Assembly: GCA_973895155.1 (NCBI GenBank)
Contig: OZ316898.1
Location: forward strand, 7,241,079-7,305,078
From: Marsupella aquatica
Lineage: Eukaryota; Plantae; Marchantiophyta
Length of the DNA stretch: 64,000 nt
Reading direction: 5' to 3'
Shown: positions 1-12,400 of the stretch, piece by piece
Layout of the letters: each line of letters opens with the position of its first letter
Position numbering within the stretch: position 1 is the stretch's first letter
Program-made: the position numbers and the translations under genes
Notes under the pieces: model-generated
Database searches by the model: none
Seen by the model: the letters and a program-made list of their open reading frames with translations, nothing else
What the model was told of the DNA's origin: nothing

Positions 1-370
1 GAAGATGGATCTTAAATATTTTCCTACATGTGCATCAGTACCACAGTTGGACAGTGATCTGATGCACAATCACATTGTTATGTACAAAAAATTTATTCTG
101 GCCTAACCAAGATGATCTAACTGGTGATGGCTCAACATAGAATGCTTTGTACTAATCTAGATAATACCTGGACATGTTTTCATATTGGTCACCATAGCCT
201 GGACGCTCTCTAACCCTGATGACTTAAAGATGGGAGGGAGCACTATATTTTACGAATACCAAATGTGTGCAATTTTACAAGGCAAGCTCAATGAGAAGCT
301 TTAATTGGCTGTGTATGATGACAGAATGGGATAAGAAGTCGACTAATAAGCTCATTCAGAGTTGCCATGG

Positions 371-2873
371 TCAGGAGGATTTTGGAGTGGCAGTGTCGTC
401 CTTGTTTGATTGGTTTTTCCCTTGCACTGACAACTCCAGAGACTGGATCAAAAGCTTGTTGAGAGACTCTGGAATCGGAATCACAGTCGCGTAACGTGAA
501 CAACAATCACAAGGGATCAGACAAACTGCAGCACCTGGAAACTGCTTCCCAGTCTCCTCCGTCACGGCCTTTGGAACTTCATCAATTGCACCTGCTTGCC
601 TCTGTAGCAGGAAAGAACATGAATTCAGAAAACTTGGAGACTCGTGTAATTTCCCCTTATGCAAACAGCCACTCTTACCTACGGAGTCTCATTCTGGATC
701 CTCTCTCTGGAGCTCTCTTTTGTAAGTACCTACTAATAGGGATTGCATGTCTTTGAATAATAAGATGAATGGTATGAGGATGTAGAAAAAAAAAGATGGT
801 TTTTGACAAAGCATGACAAATGAAAGTGCTCGCAAGATGAATCCCAATCACAGGAGCAGAAATAGCAGTAGATTGAATGACTAGGCTCTCTTCAATAACA
901 GAGGCACGTACCTTAATAGCATCTACTAATGGCCCCCAGCATTCGACTCGATTGAACTCTTCCACATTAGAGTGAAAGTACACCCATACAAGGGCATTCT
1001 GCAATTCTGGGTGCTTCTCGAAAAGGTCTCTGTCGCCGTGTATGAAAGCCTCAAGTACCTGATTCACGGATACATTATCAGTCATCGTTCTGATCAACTC
1101 CTTTCAATTTGTCCCACAATTTTCCAGAATGATAAGTCCCATGTCCTCCATTTCCATTTGTAGATTCGTTAATATATGCCTGCCGTTAGAGTTACTCTGG
1201 GTGAGCTATGTCAATTAGAACCATGGCTATATACCTTTAGTCTGGTGAAAAACAAGAAGATTGACGAAAGCTTTGATCGTTCTGCTTACCAATGGAAGTT
1301 CTTTCTGGAAGATATCGAAGCGGAGGTTGGCTATGAGCCTGTGAAGGAAATTGGTTCCACTAATATGACAGTGGACGTGAAGGGACATTTCTCCTTGTGT
1401 CTTCCTCCATTCGGCCACCACTTCATCTCGCTGAAATTTGCTATACCACCCCATGACCTGCATGAATCCAGGTCAAACTATTCAATACCAGCTCCTGACT
1501 TCAATTATTTAGTTCAGGATTTCATCTGGATCGTGGTCAAAGCAAAATTTTCAAGTTGTCAACGTGAGACCTGATCTGCTGCATGTGGCTATTGATTTGG
1601 CGCCATTCCATCGAATTCGGCTGTCTAGAGGATTACCGATTAAAACTGTCTAATCAGTAGGTTTACCAAAAAGATAGGGACCTCATTCACCATCGTATAT
1701 AATACCTGTGACTTGTTGATCTCTCGGGCCACTGCCAGAGTGATCTTTGCAGTCATATCGCTGTGGGTCAGCGTGTATATGCGAGGATGCTGTAGTGGCT
1801 TCGTTGGATCATCTTTTCCCAGAAGCAGAACGCGGAATTTGGATGCATTGAAAATTGAAGGCCCAAACAATCTCGCTTCCTGATTCATCACCCACAGATA
1901 CACGCCCGCAACCAACACGTTAGCTAGGAACAAACTCGAAAACAATTATAAAACAATTGTGTCACTCTAATCTGCACGATTTTCTGTGTTGGTGACGAGT
2001 CATTCCAGAATAACTCTCGAATCGACTTGACAGACTCTACATCTCTCGCCCGGGAGAGGTACAGCCGTTCAGAAGGATCTATCGATCGAACATCGGATTA
2101 CATCGAAGCAATTGCTCCAATGAAGGTTGGATGAACTTGGTCGAGGAGAAGTTCTAAATTTCGCTGCGGACCATAGAAGTGTGAAACCTGTCTTTAAGAA
2201 TCCAGAAACGGACGTACGAATCCAGTAATTGAAGCTAGAAACAACAAACGTTCTTGATCATCTTCAAACAGGCATGATTGAATGTACGGGATTGGAACTC
2301 ACTCCCTATCTAGTCGTAGCTCTCTTTCAATTCCAAAGCTCATGATATTTGAGTGCACATCATGTTTAATTCAATCGTTCAAAATTATTCAGTTTCTCCT
2401 TAAATTGTTGCCACCCCTTGAAGGTAGCTATCATGGATTCAGTGCATTCGTAATTTCGAGTCAGTGTCGTGCTATCATGAGTTAGATTAAGTATTTCAAG
2501 GGTAAAAACTCACCACCAGAGGCATCGATCTCGGCATTTGGGATGTCCGTCTCAATTGCCCAATTTTGCCTCTATGAAGTCTGTCGACTCCATTGTCACT
2601 TCCCCAAAAGTTAGAAATCAGTTCTTTCCCTGAGTAGGCGCTTGAAACAGAAGCCTTCTGTGCCATACTCCTTGCTAGTAACCTTAAGTTCTCCCCACAA
2701 GAAACACTCGCTGATGATTTTACGGAAGTAGCAGTACTGCAAAACGCCGACGTCTGGGACCTTTCCCACACTTCTCTCGACCGAAATCCGTTCCCCTCAA
2801 TTGAATTTGCGGATGGAATTGCAGACGAGGTCAATCTACCAACGCTAGCGCTACCGTGCGATGCCATACTCAT
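371..2873 (-). CDS. SGR: STAY-GREEN (SGR/NYE1) Mg-dechelatase, plastid-targeted; exons 2514-2873, 1706-1879, 1290-1457, 912-1058, 371-601 (~359 aa)
   Basis: Staygreen motifs ARLFGPSIFNASK, PRIYTLTHSDMTAKITLAV, RDEVVAEW..SLHVHCHISG, VLEAFIHGD..VWVYFHSN..FNRVECWGPL. C-terminal Cys-rich motif CLIPCDCC. Ser-rich transit-peptide-like N-terminus. All introns are GT-AG and phase 0. Confidence 0.95.
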
Positions 2874-3348
2874 GACTGCTGTTACGCCAAGGCTAATCTA
2901 GTCTTCTCTATGGTGGCTAACCTCCAATTGAAAAGTGTGATCTGTAAACGTTCTATGAATTCTTAGAATTCTTAGAATGAAGATACCCCATGCTTTAAAA
3001 TCGCTGACGATCAATTTCTTCTCTACAAGCTAATATCCCAATTGTCCAGCGTGAACTATTTTGCTAAATCTCTACAAGGAATTGATGAGCACCGCTTTGA
3101 CTTCAAGTCAGTTCTCCAAACAACAATAAATGTTTTTAAGGTCTTTCGATGAACCCAGGAGGCTAATTTCTCGATCTAGTGAGGAGAAGCGCCACTGGAG
3201 AGGTGGTCAGGCTACGAACATATATACGATGCCTTCGTAAGCTGTTGAATCTAAATGACGAACTGATTTGCAGCACTTCATTTTAGCCCGGGACTGCGTG
3301 TTTTCTTGTCGAAGGAGGTCACGATCGATCAAGGACTGTCCGAGCACG

Positions 3349-4365
3349 GTATATATAGTTTAGCGTTCACAACAAGCAACTATGCTGCTGCAAGCTAACA
3401 CGCTCTGTGCTGTGAGAGTGTCGCTCGGTCGCGAAGTACGCAGTCTCGTGTTCTGTACTTCAACTAGTCCGTGGAATCGGTGTGCTAGTTGGCTGGGCCC
3501 GCCTCTGTGCCTGCCTGCGTGATTGCCTGCCCAGCTCCACGAACAAGGGAGGGAAATGATGGAATTCCGTGTTTGAGAGTTAATAACTTCCCTCTGTACA
3601 GTGGAGACGTACCCGCGCAGGTGCTCACACATGGGAATGCCCACTTCAGCACGCAATCGGTGATCCAGGCACAATATGATGTAACAGTCCGGGGATCAAT
3701 GTCAAAAGGCAACTAACTACAATGGTGGTGGCGTCTTCAGCATGGCTACAAGGATACCAACGGTTACACTCTTTAGAATTCAGGAGGATTGGGCTTTAGT
3801 GAAATTTCCGGGGACATCAGAGAGTTTGAGGTTTGACGCTCTTCTGTAGCTCTGTACACAGGAATCAGAGATTGAGCCTGCTTGTGAGTGAGACCGATGA
3901 GAGTAAGGAACACACCACACTGCCTCTCTCAAATCAGAGTACTTTGTCAAATCATTCCGTGCTGGATAGTATGTAATATGTCATCAGAAATCAGAATATA
4001 CCACACTGCCAAAGAACAAAATGGTCAAAGCGGGATCCCAAAGACAAGAGAGCCAATAATGGAGAAATAGATAGACGACCGACAGTCCCCAACAAAGGCA
4101 AAGGAACTAATCAGGGTAATGACTGTCTTCTCTTGAATTGACCATCATGAATGGACTGATGAGTGACGTGATTTGACGTGGTCTGTTCAACACAGCCTAT
4201 TGAGAATCTACGATGTGGAGTGACAAACGTTTGCTTTCCCTGACGTTGCATTGATCATTCTCTCCTCGGAAATAGGACAATGAACAGTTCCTTGAGAACC
4301 TTACCGAATCTCCACTTCAGCCAAGCCACCAATTTATTTTTTATGGCACCGAAAATTCACGTGGC
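3349..4365 (-). promoter_or_regulatory. Putative SGR promoter elements: TATA-like box (~3351-3358), TGACGTG motifs (~4164, ~4174), G-box/ABRE CACGTGGC (4358-4365)
   Basis: Motifs are visible upstream of the SGR start. Angiosperm SGR genes are regulated through G-box/ABRE sites, but function here is untested. Confidence 0.35.
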
Positions 4366-4782
4366 CCACCCCTCATATCCACACACAAGGGCCACCAATT
4401 CTCTGTACAGTTTTTTTTGGTTTTGTTACTATTGTGTAACAAACTAGCTCCCAGTGTATGCCCCTTTGCAATCCGAATTTGGTCATACACTCACATAGCT
4501 ACTGTGGGTCATAGGTGTGTTTCCAATCAGAACTTTGTGCTCGAGGAGCTCTGCCTAATATTCCGTCCAAGTCAGTGGGGCCACCAGTACCTGCCGATGT
4601 TGGTCTTACAGAGAACTGTTGTCACACAACAATCTTCTACATTAGTCACTTTGTATCCTTACTTTGGTCTAGTGTCACCTCTTTGCAACCTGCTTAATCG
4701 ACCATACATAAACGGAAGAAGTCTCCTGCCTTTCGGAACCTGGGTGGCCAACAATTCAAGAAGCAGAGTTAGCAAGGACATC

Positions 4783-4806
4783 TCATCATCATCATCATCA
4801 TCATCA
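4783..4806. repeat. (TCA)8 microsatellite
   Basis: Direct reading. Confidence 0.9.
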
Positions 4807-6482
4807 CAGGCAGAGACGGTCTGGCTGTCTCAGTGCCAATTCCAAACAAGATTCTCTTGCGACGCCATCACCGAGAAAGCATGAACAGAGCAAGACTGTC
4901 CTCCCTGGGCGGGGAACTCGGGTGCGTAACCGGATGTGGTAGTGCTAGTGCATATCAATCTAAGTGGGTTGTATCAGCTCGCAGGAAATTCTCGGCGAGG
5001 AAACCCTTTACAGATTAAAAAAACGTGAACAGAAGCTCTGCCAGTTCTTCACCTGCTCCATAACTCCAGTTAGGGTTCAATTTGCGATTTTCAATTTGAC
5101 CTCAATGTTTGCTGTCCAACTTAACGCGAGGAAGATTGGAGCTAGAAGCTCAACCTTGCCTCACAATCACGGATCTCATTGAAGTCATTCTTTGCACGGT
5201 TACAAGTGCATCACATGGAGTGTAGCCATCGAATTCGGTGGGTGGTCAATAGAATTGTTTCCAGTCTGTTGAGTATAACATGAGAAAGGTAGGTGGAACC
5301 GATTTAAGCAGAACCTTGCAATTGGCCATGATTGTGAAATGATACGAAATTCCTTGCGTGCGAGCAGGGGAACTTGATTCGAACCATTTGAGGGAATCGT
5401 CCATCGCTCTCTACTCGTGAGTCTCGTGCGTAGACACAGACACAGACGAGAGCCTGACACCTTTACTAAGAGCTGACTGGGTACTCCTCGACATTGAGTC
5501 TCCGCTTCCTCTCTCGGATTCAGCACAATTCTTTCTCGCAAACCCCATTAATGAATTCCCGTTGGATCCTTCCTCCTAGAGGCTAGCCCCTTGCCCTCAA
5601 TGAGGAGCCCTTAGAGCAAACCCCAAATGCACAAGAAACGGTTTTCAATCCCAACTAATAAGCCCTGCAAATTAAAAGCCGGGAGTCCAGCCTGATAATA
5701 TTTCAAGATGGGTTCATGTGGGTTTGATTATCCATTGGAGCATGTTGCCAAACACTGTGGACTATCGGAGCTTCAATTTCCACCTAGAAAAGTTCTGCTT
5801 GATTACTTTTATTACATACATAGTAAGTATACTATTTTCAGAATTGATCTTCCTCACTATATATTTCAAGTGAGCATGTCTTTTGGACTCAAATAACTCT
5901 ACTGATGCATCTTAGGTCAGATTACACTAATTTTGGGTGATACTAATTAATACAGCCTTGCTTCAATTAGAATCCACCACAATTAAGGGCCTATTTGGAA
6001 ACTTCAGAGGACCAAAAACAAAAACTGGTGCGAGAAAGCTTTGATGGAGGCACAAGCATCGTAATGGCTTTTTAGACCAAGAAGGAAATGGAACGGGAGG
6101 AGACAAGAGGGATCTCAGTCACAGCGAATTCACTTCTGATTCGCAAGTTCTCCTCTTCATGGTAGACAATTGCTTGCATGTGCGTGCAATGAGAGAAGCC
6201 TCGATGTTGTCATTCAAAAGTCTTCATTACATCCACGCATTTACTGGAGCCCTTGCATCAAATTTGTGCCCAAATTATTTTGTCCATTGCCTTGAATTGC
6301 ACCTTGATTATGTTTGCCTTTCATCCAATGTCACTGTTGCTGGATTGGCGTTCTTTGATCAAAGAAGCTCAAGTTCACAAAGAATGTACCAAATCAAATA
6401 GAGCGACCTGCAACTTTCTTGGACAGACGTTAATCCATTGATCTAAATCTTCTTTCAGAGATATTTCAATATTTATTCTTCC

Positions 6483-9400
6483 ATGACGGAAGCTGCATGT
6501 CAAAGTGTAGGCATGAGTAGTGGATTCCCATTTCAAAGGACAAGATTCTTTGTGAGACATTACCCCAAAAATCCTTACACCAGAAATGAAGAAGAAGATT
6601 GGCTATTTCAAGATACATGTATGGTTGATCACTCCCCACCATCGATTCCACCGTTTCCAACAAATTCCCCGGTCCATCCTGATGCAGAGCAAGGGCCAAG
6701 TGTTGAGACGTCTTCAGGCAGTAGATCCCCAAGGGAGACCGTATCAATTTTGGATGAAGATGACATGATAGTGGAAATCAAGGAAGCAAAATTTTACCGA
6801 TGGTCCTTGCTTAAAGAGATCTTGTTCATACTTACCTTTATTATAACAGGGGGATTGGCAATGGTTATTTGCTTGACATGGCCTCGATTCTACATGAAGT
6901 TGCGGTTCGTGCAAGTTGAGCAAAATGATGAGGATGCCGAGCGTGTTCTTGTGGAAAGCATGGACGGCAATTTGACTATAGTTCACATCAAGTGGATATG
7001 CGAGAAAGAACCTTCAAAAACCTGGATTTCATCCTGCAAGGCCAGATACTCTGATGAGGTACAGACTGAGTTTGCAAGCGATTTCTTCATTGCAACAGTG
7101 ACAAACTGTCTTTACGCATCTCAAGGTGGTGGCTTGAAGTAAGAATGGTAAGGTCCAAATAGCAATAATTATGGTATTGGGAAACTCAAGCCTCTCTATA
7201 TGTCAGATGTTCTTATTGTAAACGCTATTTGCAGTCCACCGCCAGTAGACCTCGTATGTTTGTATGGCGTGAAGAGCGCTTTTGGTTCAATCATCAAAGT
7301 GGAAGTTGGACTCGAAGAGATTTTAATACTAATGTTACATATGCTGAATTGCACGCTACTGCAAGCAATTGTGCGTTGAAGGAGATTGGCCATGATCCTG
7401 AAGAAAGTACGCGTTTTTCTTCCTTTGAAAGGCAGCTTCTTCCATGATGAACCTCAATTAAACTCATCGACGACGGTTTTTTATCATTTACACTTACTGG
7501 GGCCAGTGGGACCAGTGTTGTTTTAACGCTAGATCCTTGGTTTCTGTTTTGAAAGTTTGATGGTTACTCTACCAAAAATTCTGGAAAATGACTTTCACTC
7601 GAAGTTTTTCACAGATAAACGGTCAGATTCGAGAGAAAGACGCAACTTAGTGTATGGACCCAATGAACTGATTGTGAACGTGCCAGACCTTTGGTGAGTA
7701 CGCCAATATCTACATTGATTTTTGAGATTGTGGGGTCATGATAGCTACAAACAGCACCCAGACTTTTTATATTTTACACTTTCTGTTGTTTGTGCAGGCA
7801 ATTGCTCGTCGGCGCGGTTTTCAAACCATTTTTTCTGTTTCAAGTCTTCTCTATTATCTTTTGGATTTGTTCATCATATGAGATATACGCATATGTTATC
7901 TTAGCACTTACAACTGTCACGGTTTTATATAATGTCATCGAGACCCGTCAAAATTTACTAGCAGTCAAGAAGCTAGCAGCCTCAGAATGTGAAATGAAAC
8001 GGCTCACATTGATGGCAGACGAAAGTGCTCAGCTACGACTGAGACCTGTGTTGGTCTCTTCTTCCGAATTGCTACCTGGGGATATTGTCCAGATTGAAGC
8101 AGGAATGATTTTCCCATGCGATCTGGTGCTTCTTGCAGGCCAGTGTGTTGTCAACGAGTCAATGCTCACAGGAGAAAGTGCCCCTGTGCCAAAAACTCCT
8201 CTACCATTGGGGTTCTCATCATTTGGCCAGGTACTGCCAAGAGTTATCACGAGTGTCATTTTTTTTCTGGCATTCAACATTTGTGCACAAAGAAACTTTG
8301 GTTATTGATACTCAGACGTCCTCAACTCTGAAATAGGTATTTCGCCTCCAATCGGAACATGATGGGCGCCACAAATTACTCTGTGGAACAAAAGCTTTAC
8401 AAGTCCGGAGCTCTTGCAATCCACACAAATCAATTTCTCAACATGACCTTGAAAGTCTCCAGCCCCCTTCCTCAATTTGGCAGTTCTTGGATCAACCACC
8501 ATCAGCTTTGGATCCTCTTGCATTCAAGGTGCCATTCTTGCTTGAACATGTGCGTCAGAATATACTTGAAACTGTAGCAGCCTGGCTTCTTGCAAAGCAT
8601 CCCATCAGATTTTCATATTTCTAATGCAAATCCCTATGTTCACTAGGAGGATCCCATACCCGTTGCAGCTATGGTAATTAGCACAGCGTATGGGACAGCT
8701 AAGGGACAACTCATTCGAGCAATTCTGTTCCCCAAACCTTCAAAATATGACTTTGAGCAAAAGACTTACTACTTTCTGGCAAATCTTGGCATATACTTGG
8801 TCTTTGTATGCATTGTCACTGTGGTTTGGCAAGCTGGAAAGGTATGACACCGATGTAATCTGTCACCAGACAGTGCTTGTTTCTAAATTTTGTTTTCAGC
8901 AGTCAGTTGTAATATTAACGACTAGAGCCAATCTCGAGGGTAATTAATGCTAATCCGCATTGATTACCCTGTACGTGCTGCCCGCTGCCCGCTTGTGCTG
9001 GATCTAATTTACGTTAAATACCTGGTGCGAAGGTGCGATGACACGAATGGGGGAAAGGTTCACTAGTAGCTCAACTCATTTGGGGAGTGGGAGGTGCGGG
9101 GTTCAAATCCTGCTATCAACAAGAATTCTTTTTAACATTCACCCCACCCAAAAAGTGGGGATCATTCATGCTAAGTAAAATTTGAAAAAATTGTGAGGGG
9201 GCGGGCAGTAGGCGCGGGCAGGCGTACTCGAGGCTCTTAATGAGCCTTGAGATTGCCTTTTGTCTTGAATGTCGTAATACCTAAATTGCATCAAACATTA
9301 TAAACTTGTAATTAATAGCATTTGCCTAGCATTTGCCATGAACAGTTATTAGAGAATGACTACAATTAGCCATCTTTCACTCTTTTTTCCTGCTTGATTT

Positions 9401-12400
9401 CATCTGTTTCAGAATACGAATGGTAAGCATTCAAAAGGTAAAAATGGAAAAGATGGAAATGCATGGGAAGGTGCAAATATTGAATCACATGCGACACCAT
9501 TGTTTCCCTGTTTTCCTATTTCCAATGAAAATGAAAATGAAAGTCTTGCTTTTGCAGGAAACAAATCTTGACATCTTTAAGAATTGTATCAATCTTCTCA
9601 CCATTGCTGTTCCACCAGCATTGCCCTTGGCACTTTCGATTGGGCTCTCTGTATCATTCACCCGTCTCCAACAAAAAGGAATATATTGCATCAATCCCAA
9701 TCGCATTATTAATGCTGGGCGGATCAACACATTGTGCTTTGACAAGACAGGCACTCTCACTGAAGATGGATTGAGTCTCAAAGGGGTTCTTCCAGTCTTA
9801 TCTGATCAAACTGAAAGTAACCCAGCACATGTAATCTGTGGGGGTTTGGAAGAGGATCTCCAAGCTTTATACCATTGTGGTGACCAGGTGGGGCTTGTAG
9901 TCACCTCCCAGTCTCATGTTCAAAGGCCATCATGTATACATCAGGATGCTATGATTTATAAACTACAGGGGATGTATTGATTGTCACTTTGGTCATTCGA
10001 AACGATGGTATAATTGATGCTATCCTGACCTGGCGTATAGTTGTAAATTTTGCATTATGTGCAGGGAGATGTTACAACTGACAACAGAAAGTGTTCTTCA
10101 CTGGGACTTTTTTACACTTTGGCTGCTGCTCATAGCATCTCACTCTTAGATCAAGACACAAGTCACACAACCTGTGACCCATTGATTGGTGGAGACTTGA
10201 GTAATAACATTGAGCAAAAAGAACCAGGATGGACAGCATGGTTGTTCAAACGTTGGAAATCATCAGAATCTGGGGTTTGGTATTCAAAACATCGAGCACA
10301 AGATGCTCATGTTGCAAGAACAATCGAGCAATTGGAGCAAACGCCCACAAATCTTTTTATTGGAGATCCCCTCGAAGTAGAAATGTTTTCCAAGACAGGT
10401 TCATGGTTTGGAATCCCTACCATACGTCTTCTAGTGAGTTACAATTATATCAAAACATGAACACTGCTCTTATTTGATTTGAAAAGGAAAAGCATTTGTA
10501 ATCATGCATAACTTAGGTTGATGCTCTGACTTTAGCCCTTTACCAACAAAAAACAATTTAAGAGATTTTTTACATGAAACCTAGTCGTTTAAGGTATGAA
10601 TTGACTGAGAATTGAAATGGGCTAAACCCGAGGTCAAAATATTTGTAGAAAGGGAAGTGAAGTTGGATGAAGTAATGACTGTCATTCAACATGATCTTAG
10701 GCACTAATTTGATTGTTTGATCTTAATTTCATCTTATAATTCCTTGTGGGTTTCTTATCTAAGGTTGGAGGTACTTAAGTCGTCCAAATGGCCAAACCAA
10801 TGCAATAGAACAAGCTCTGGAACCTCCTGTTTTGTGGGATAATATACATCCAGCTATTGATACTCTCATCATCCCTCCTAGTGAGCTTGACTCGAGCCAA
10901 ATTCTTGCGCTCATAAGGCGCTTTGATTTTGACTCTGACATACGTCTAATGAGCAGCATTGTACTTGAGCTTCCATTTGCCCAAGCAACCTTTGAGGAAG
11001 CCCGAATCTGGTTGCTGATAAAAGGCGCGCCAGAAAGGTTTGTGAGTAGGGCTCCAACATTATTCCACTCAGGTGCACATAAAGTATTTAATTATTTTCC
11101 TTTCACACACCCACCAATGTTAATCAGGGTTTGAGGTAATATGTAGAAGGAATATGTTGTAGGCTCATGCACAATAGTCATTAATATGTGAGTGGATCAT
11201 TTCTCATATTGAAGTATTGCAGCTTGCAGGAAGTTTGTGACAAAGCTTGCTTGCCTCAAGATTTCAACTCTAAACTTCAAAAACTCACTCTTGATGGTTA
11301 CCGGGTTCTTGCTTGTGGCTATCGTTTGCTTGGATCCATAAGCTTACAACAGGTATGGTGAGACAACCCCCTTGATCTCCTGCTTGAGCTATGGACCTTG
11401 AACATAGTTATTCATTCCTACAAGATTGCCAAAATAATTCATGCCTTAGAATCCTGCTTAGATTAATGTTTCTAACTAAAACTTACTGGTTACTTTGCTT
11501 TTCCTTGCCTCCCTTCCCGTGTTCCTTCTTTGTCTGATCTCCTCTTTCCAAGATTTTACTCTTTCTTCTACCCTCTAATTTATGGTCCGATCTTCATGCA
11601 CCTCTCCAAAAAATTAAAATGGCTAATGCGATTGTTACTAATTAAAAGAGGAAGAAAATTGTTACTTATTGTTGTAGCATAGCTACTGTCTGCAAGTTCA
11701 AAAATCGTTTTTACACATTTCAAATGTTGTGTTGTAGATCATGATGGCTAATCGCACTCAAATGGAGGTAGGGATAATTTTCTCAGGCTTTATTGTCATG
11801 GAGAACAAGCTTAAATCTGAAACCCCCAGTGTCTTACAAGAGCTAGCTCAAGCTGGACTAAGGGAGGTCATGGTAACAGGCGACAATCCATTAACTGCAA
11901 TTTCTGTTTCAAGGTAGGCATCCTGTTCAGAGGCTATAAGTATCCGTGATCTTTTACATAAATTGCGCTAATTAAATTGCAATAAAGCTCCGTACCTACT
12001 GTAGTTATCAACTTCATCATAAATACTTCATTGCTAGTGCTATTAGTAGCATGACTAATTATATTGTACTTTGGTATTAATGTATGAATTGTTTGTTGCC
12101 CTATTTTGAGGCCAATTCCTTTTGTTTAGTTAGTAATCGATCAACCATGTAATCTAATGTTTATATTTGAACCATGTAATCTAATGTTTATATTTGTACA
12201 AGGTAAGTTAATCACAAATTAAGGATTGATTTCAGTTCTTCTTTCTTTACAGACAATGTGGCCCCTTCTTCCTAAGGAGTTCTTGCCGGACTTTCTTGAT
12301 AGATCTGGCTGTTGATTGTCTCTCTGAGTCACTTGGAAGCAATTGCACCTTGAAAGATGTTGACTCCGATACTCAAGTTGAATTTGACACTATTTTCTCA

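Noticed and set aside
4417-5541. ORFs of 155 aa and 113 aa between SGR and the ATPase
   Set aside because: Non-ATG starts, no recognisable domains, and a Ser run caused by a microsatellite; probably promoter or UTR.
9062-9133. Functional tRNA gene
   Set aside because: A and B boxes are present but no complete cloverleaf can be formed; treated as a SINE-like relic.
9413-9470. Extra ATPase exon (NTNGKHSKGKNGKDGNAWE)
   Set aside because: The acceptor looks good, but the available donors are out of phase with the next exon, and the model is in frame without it.
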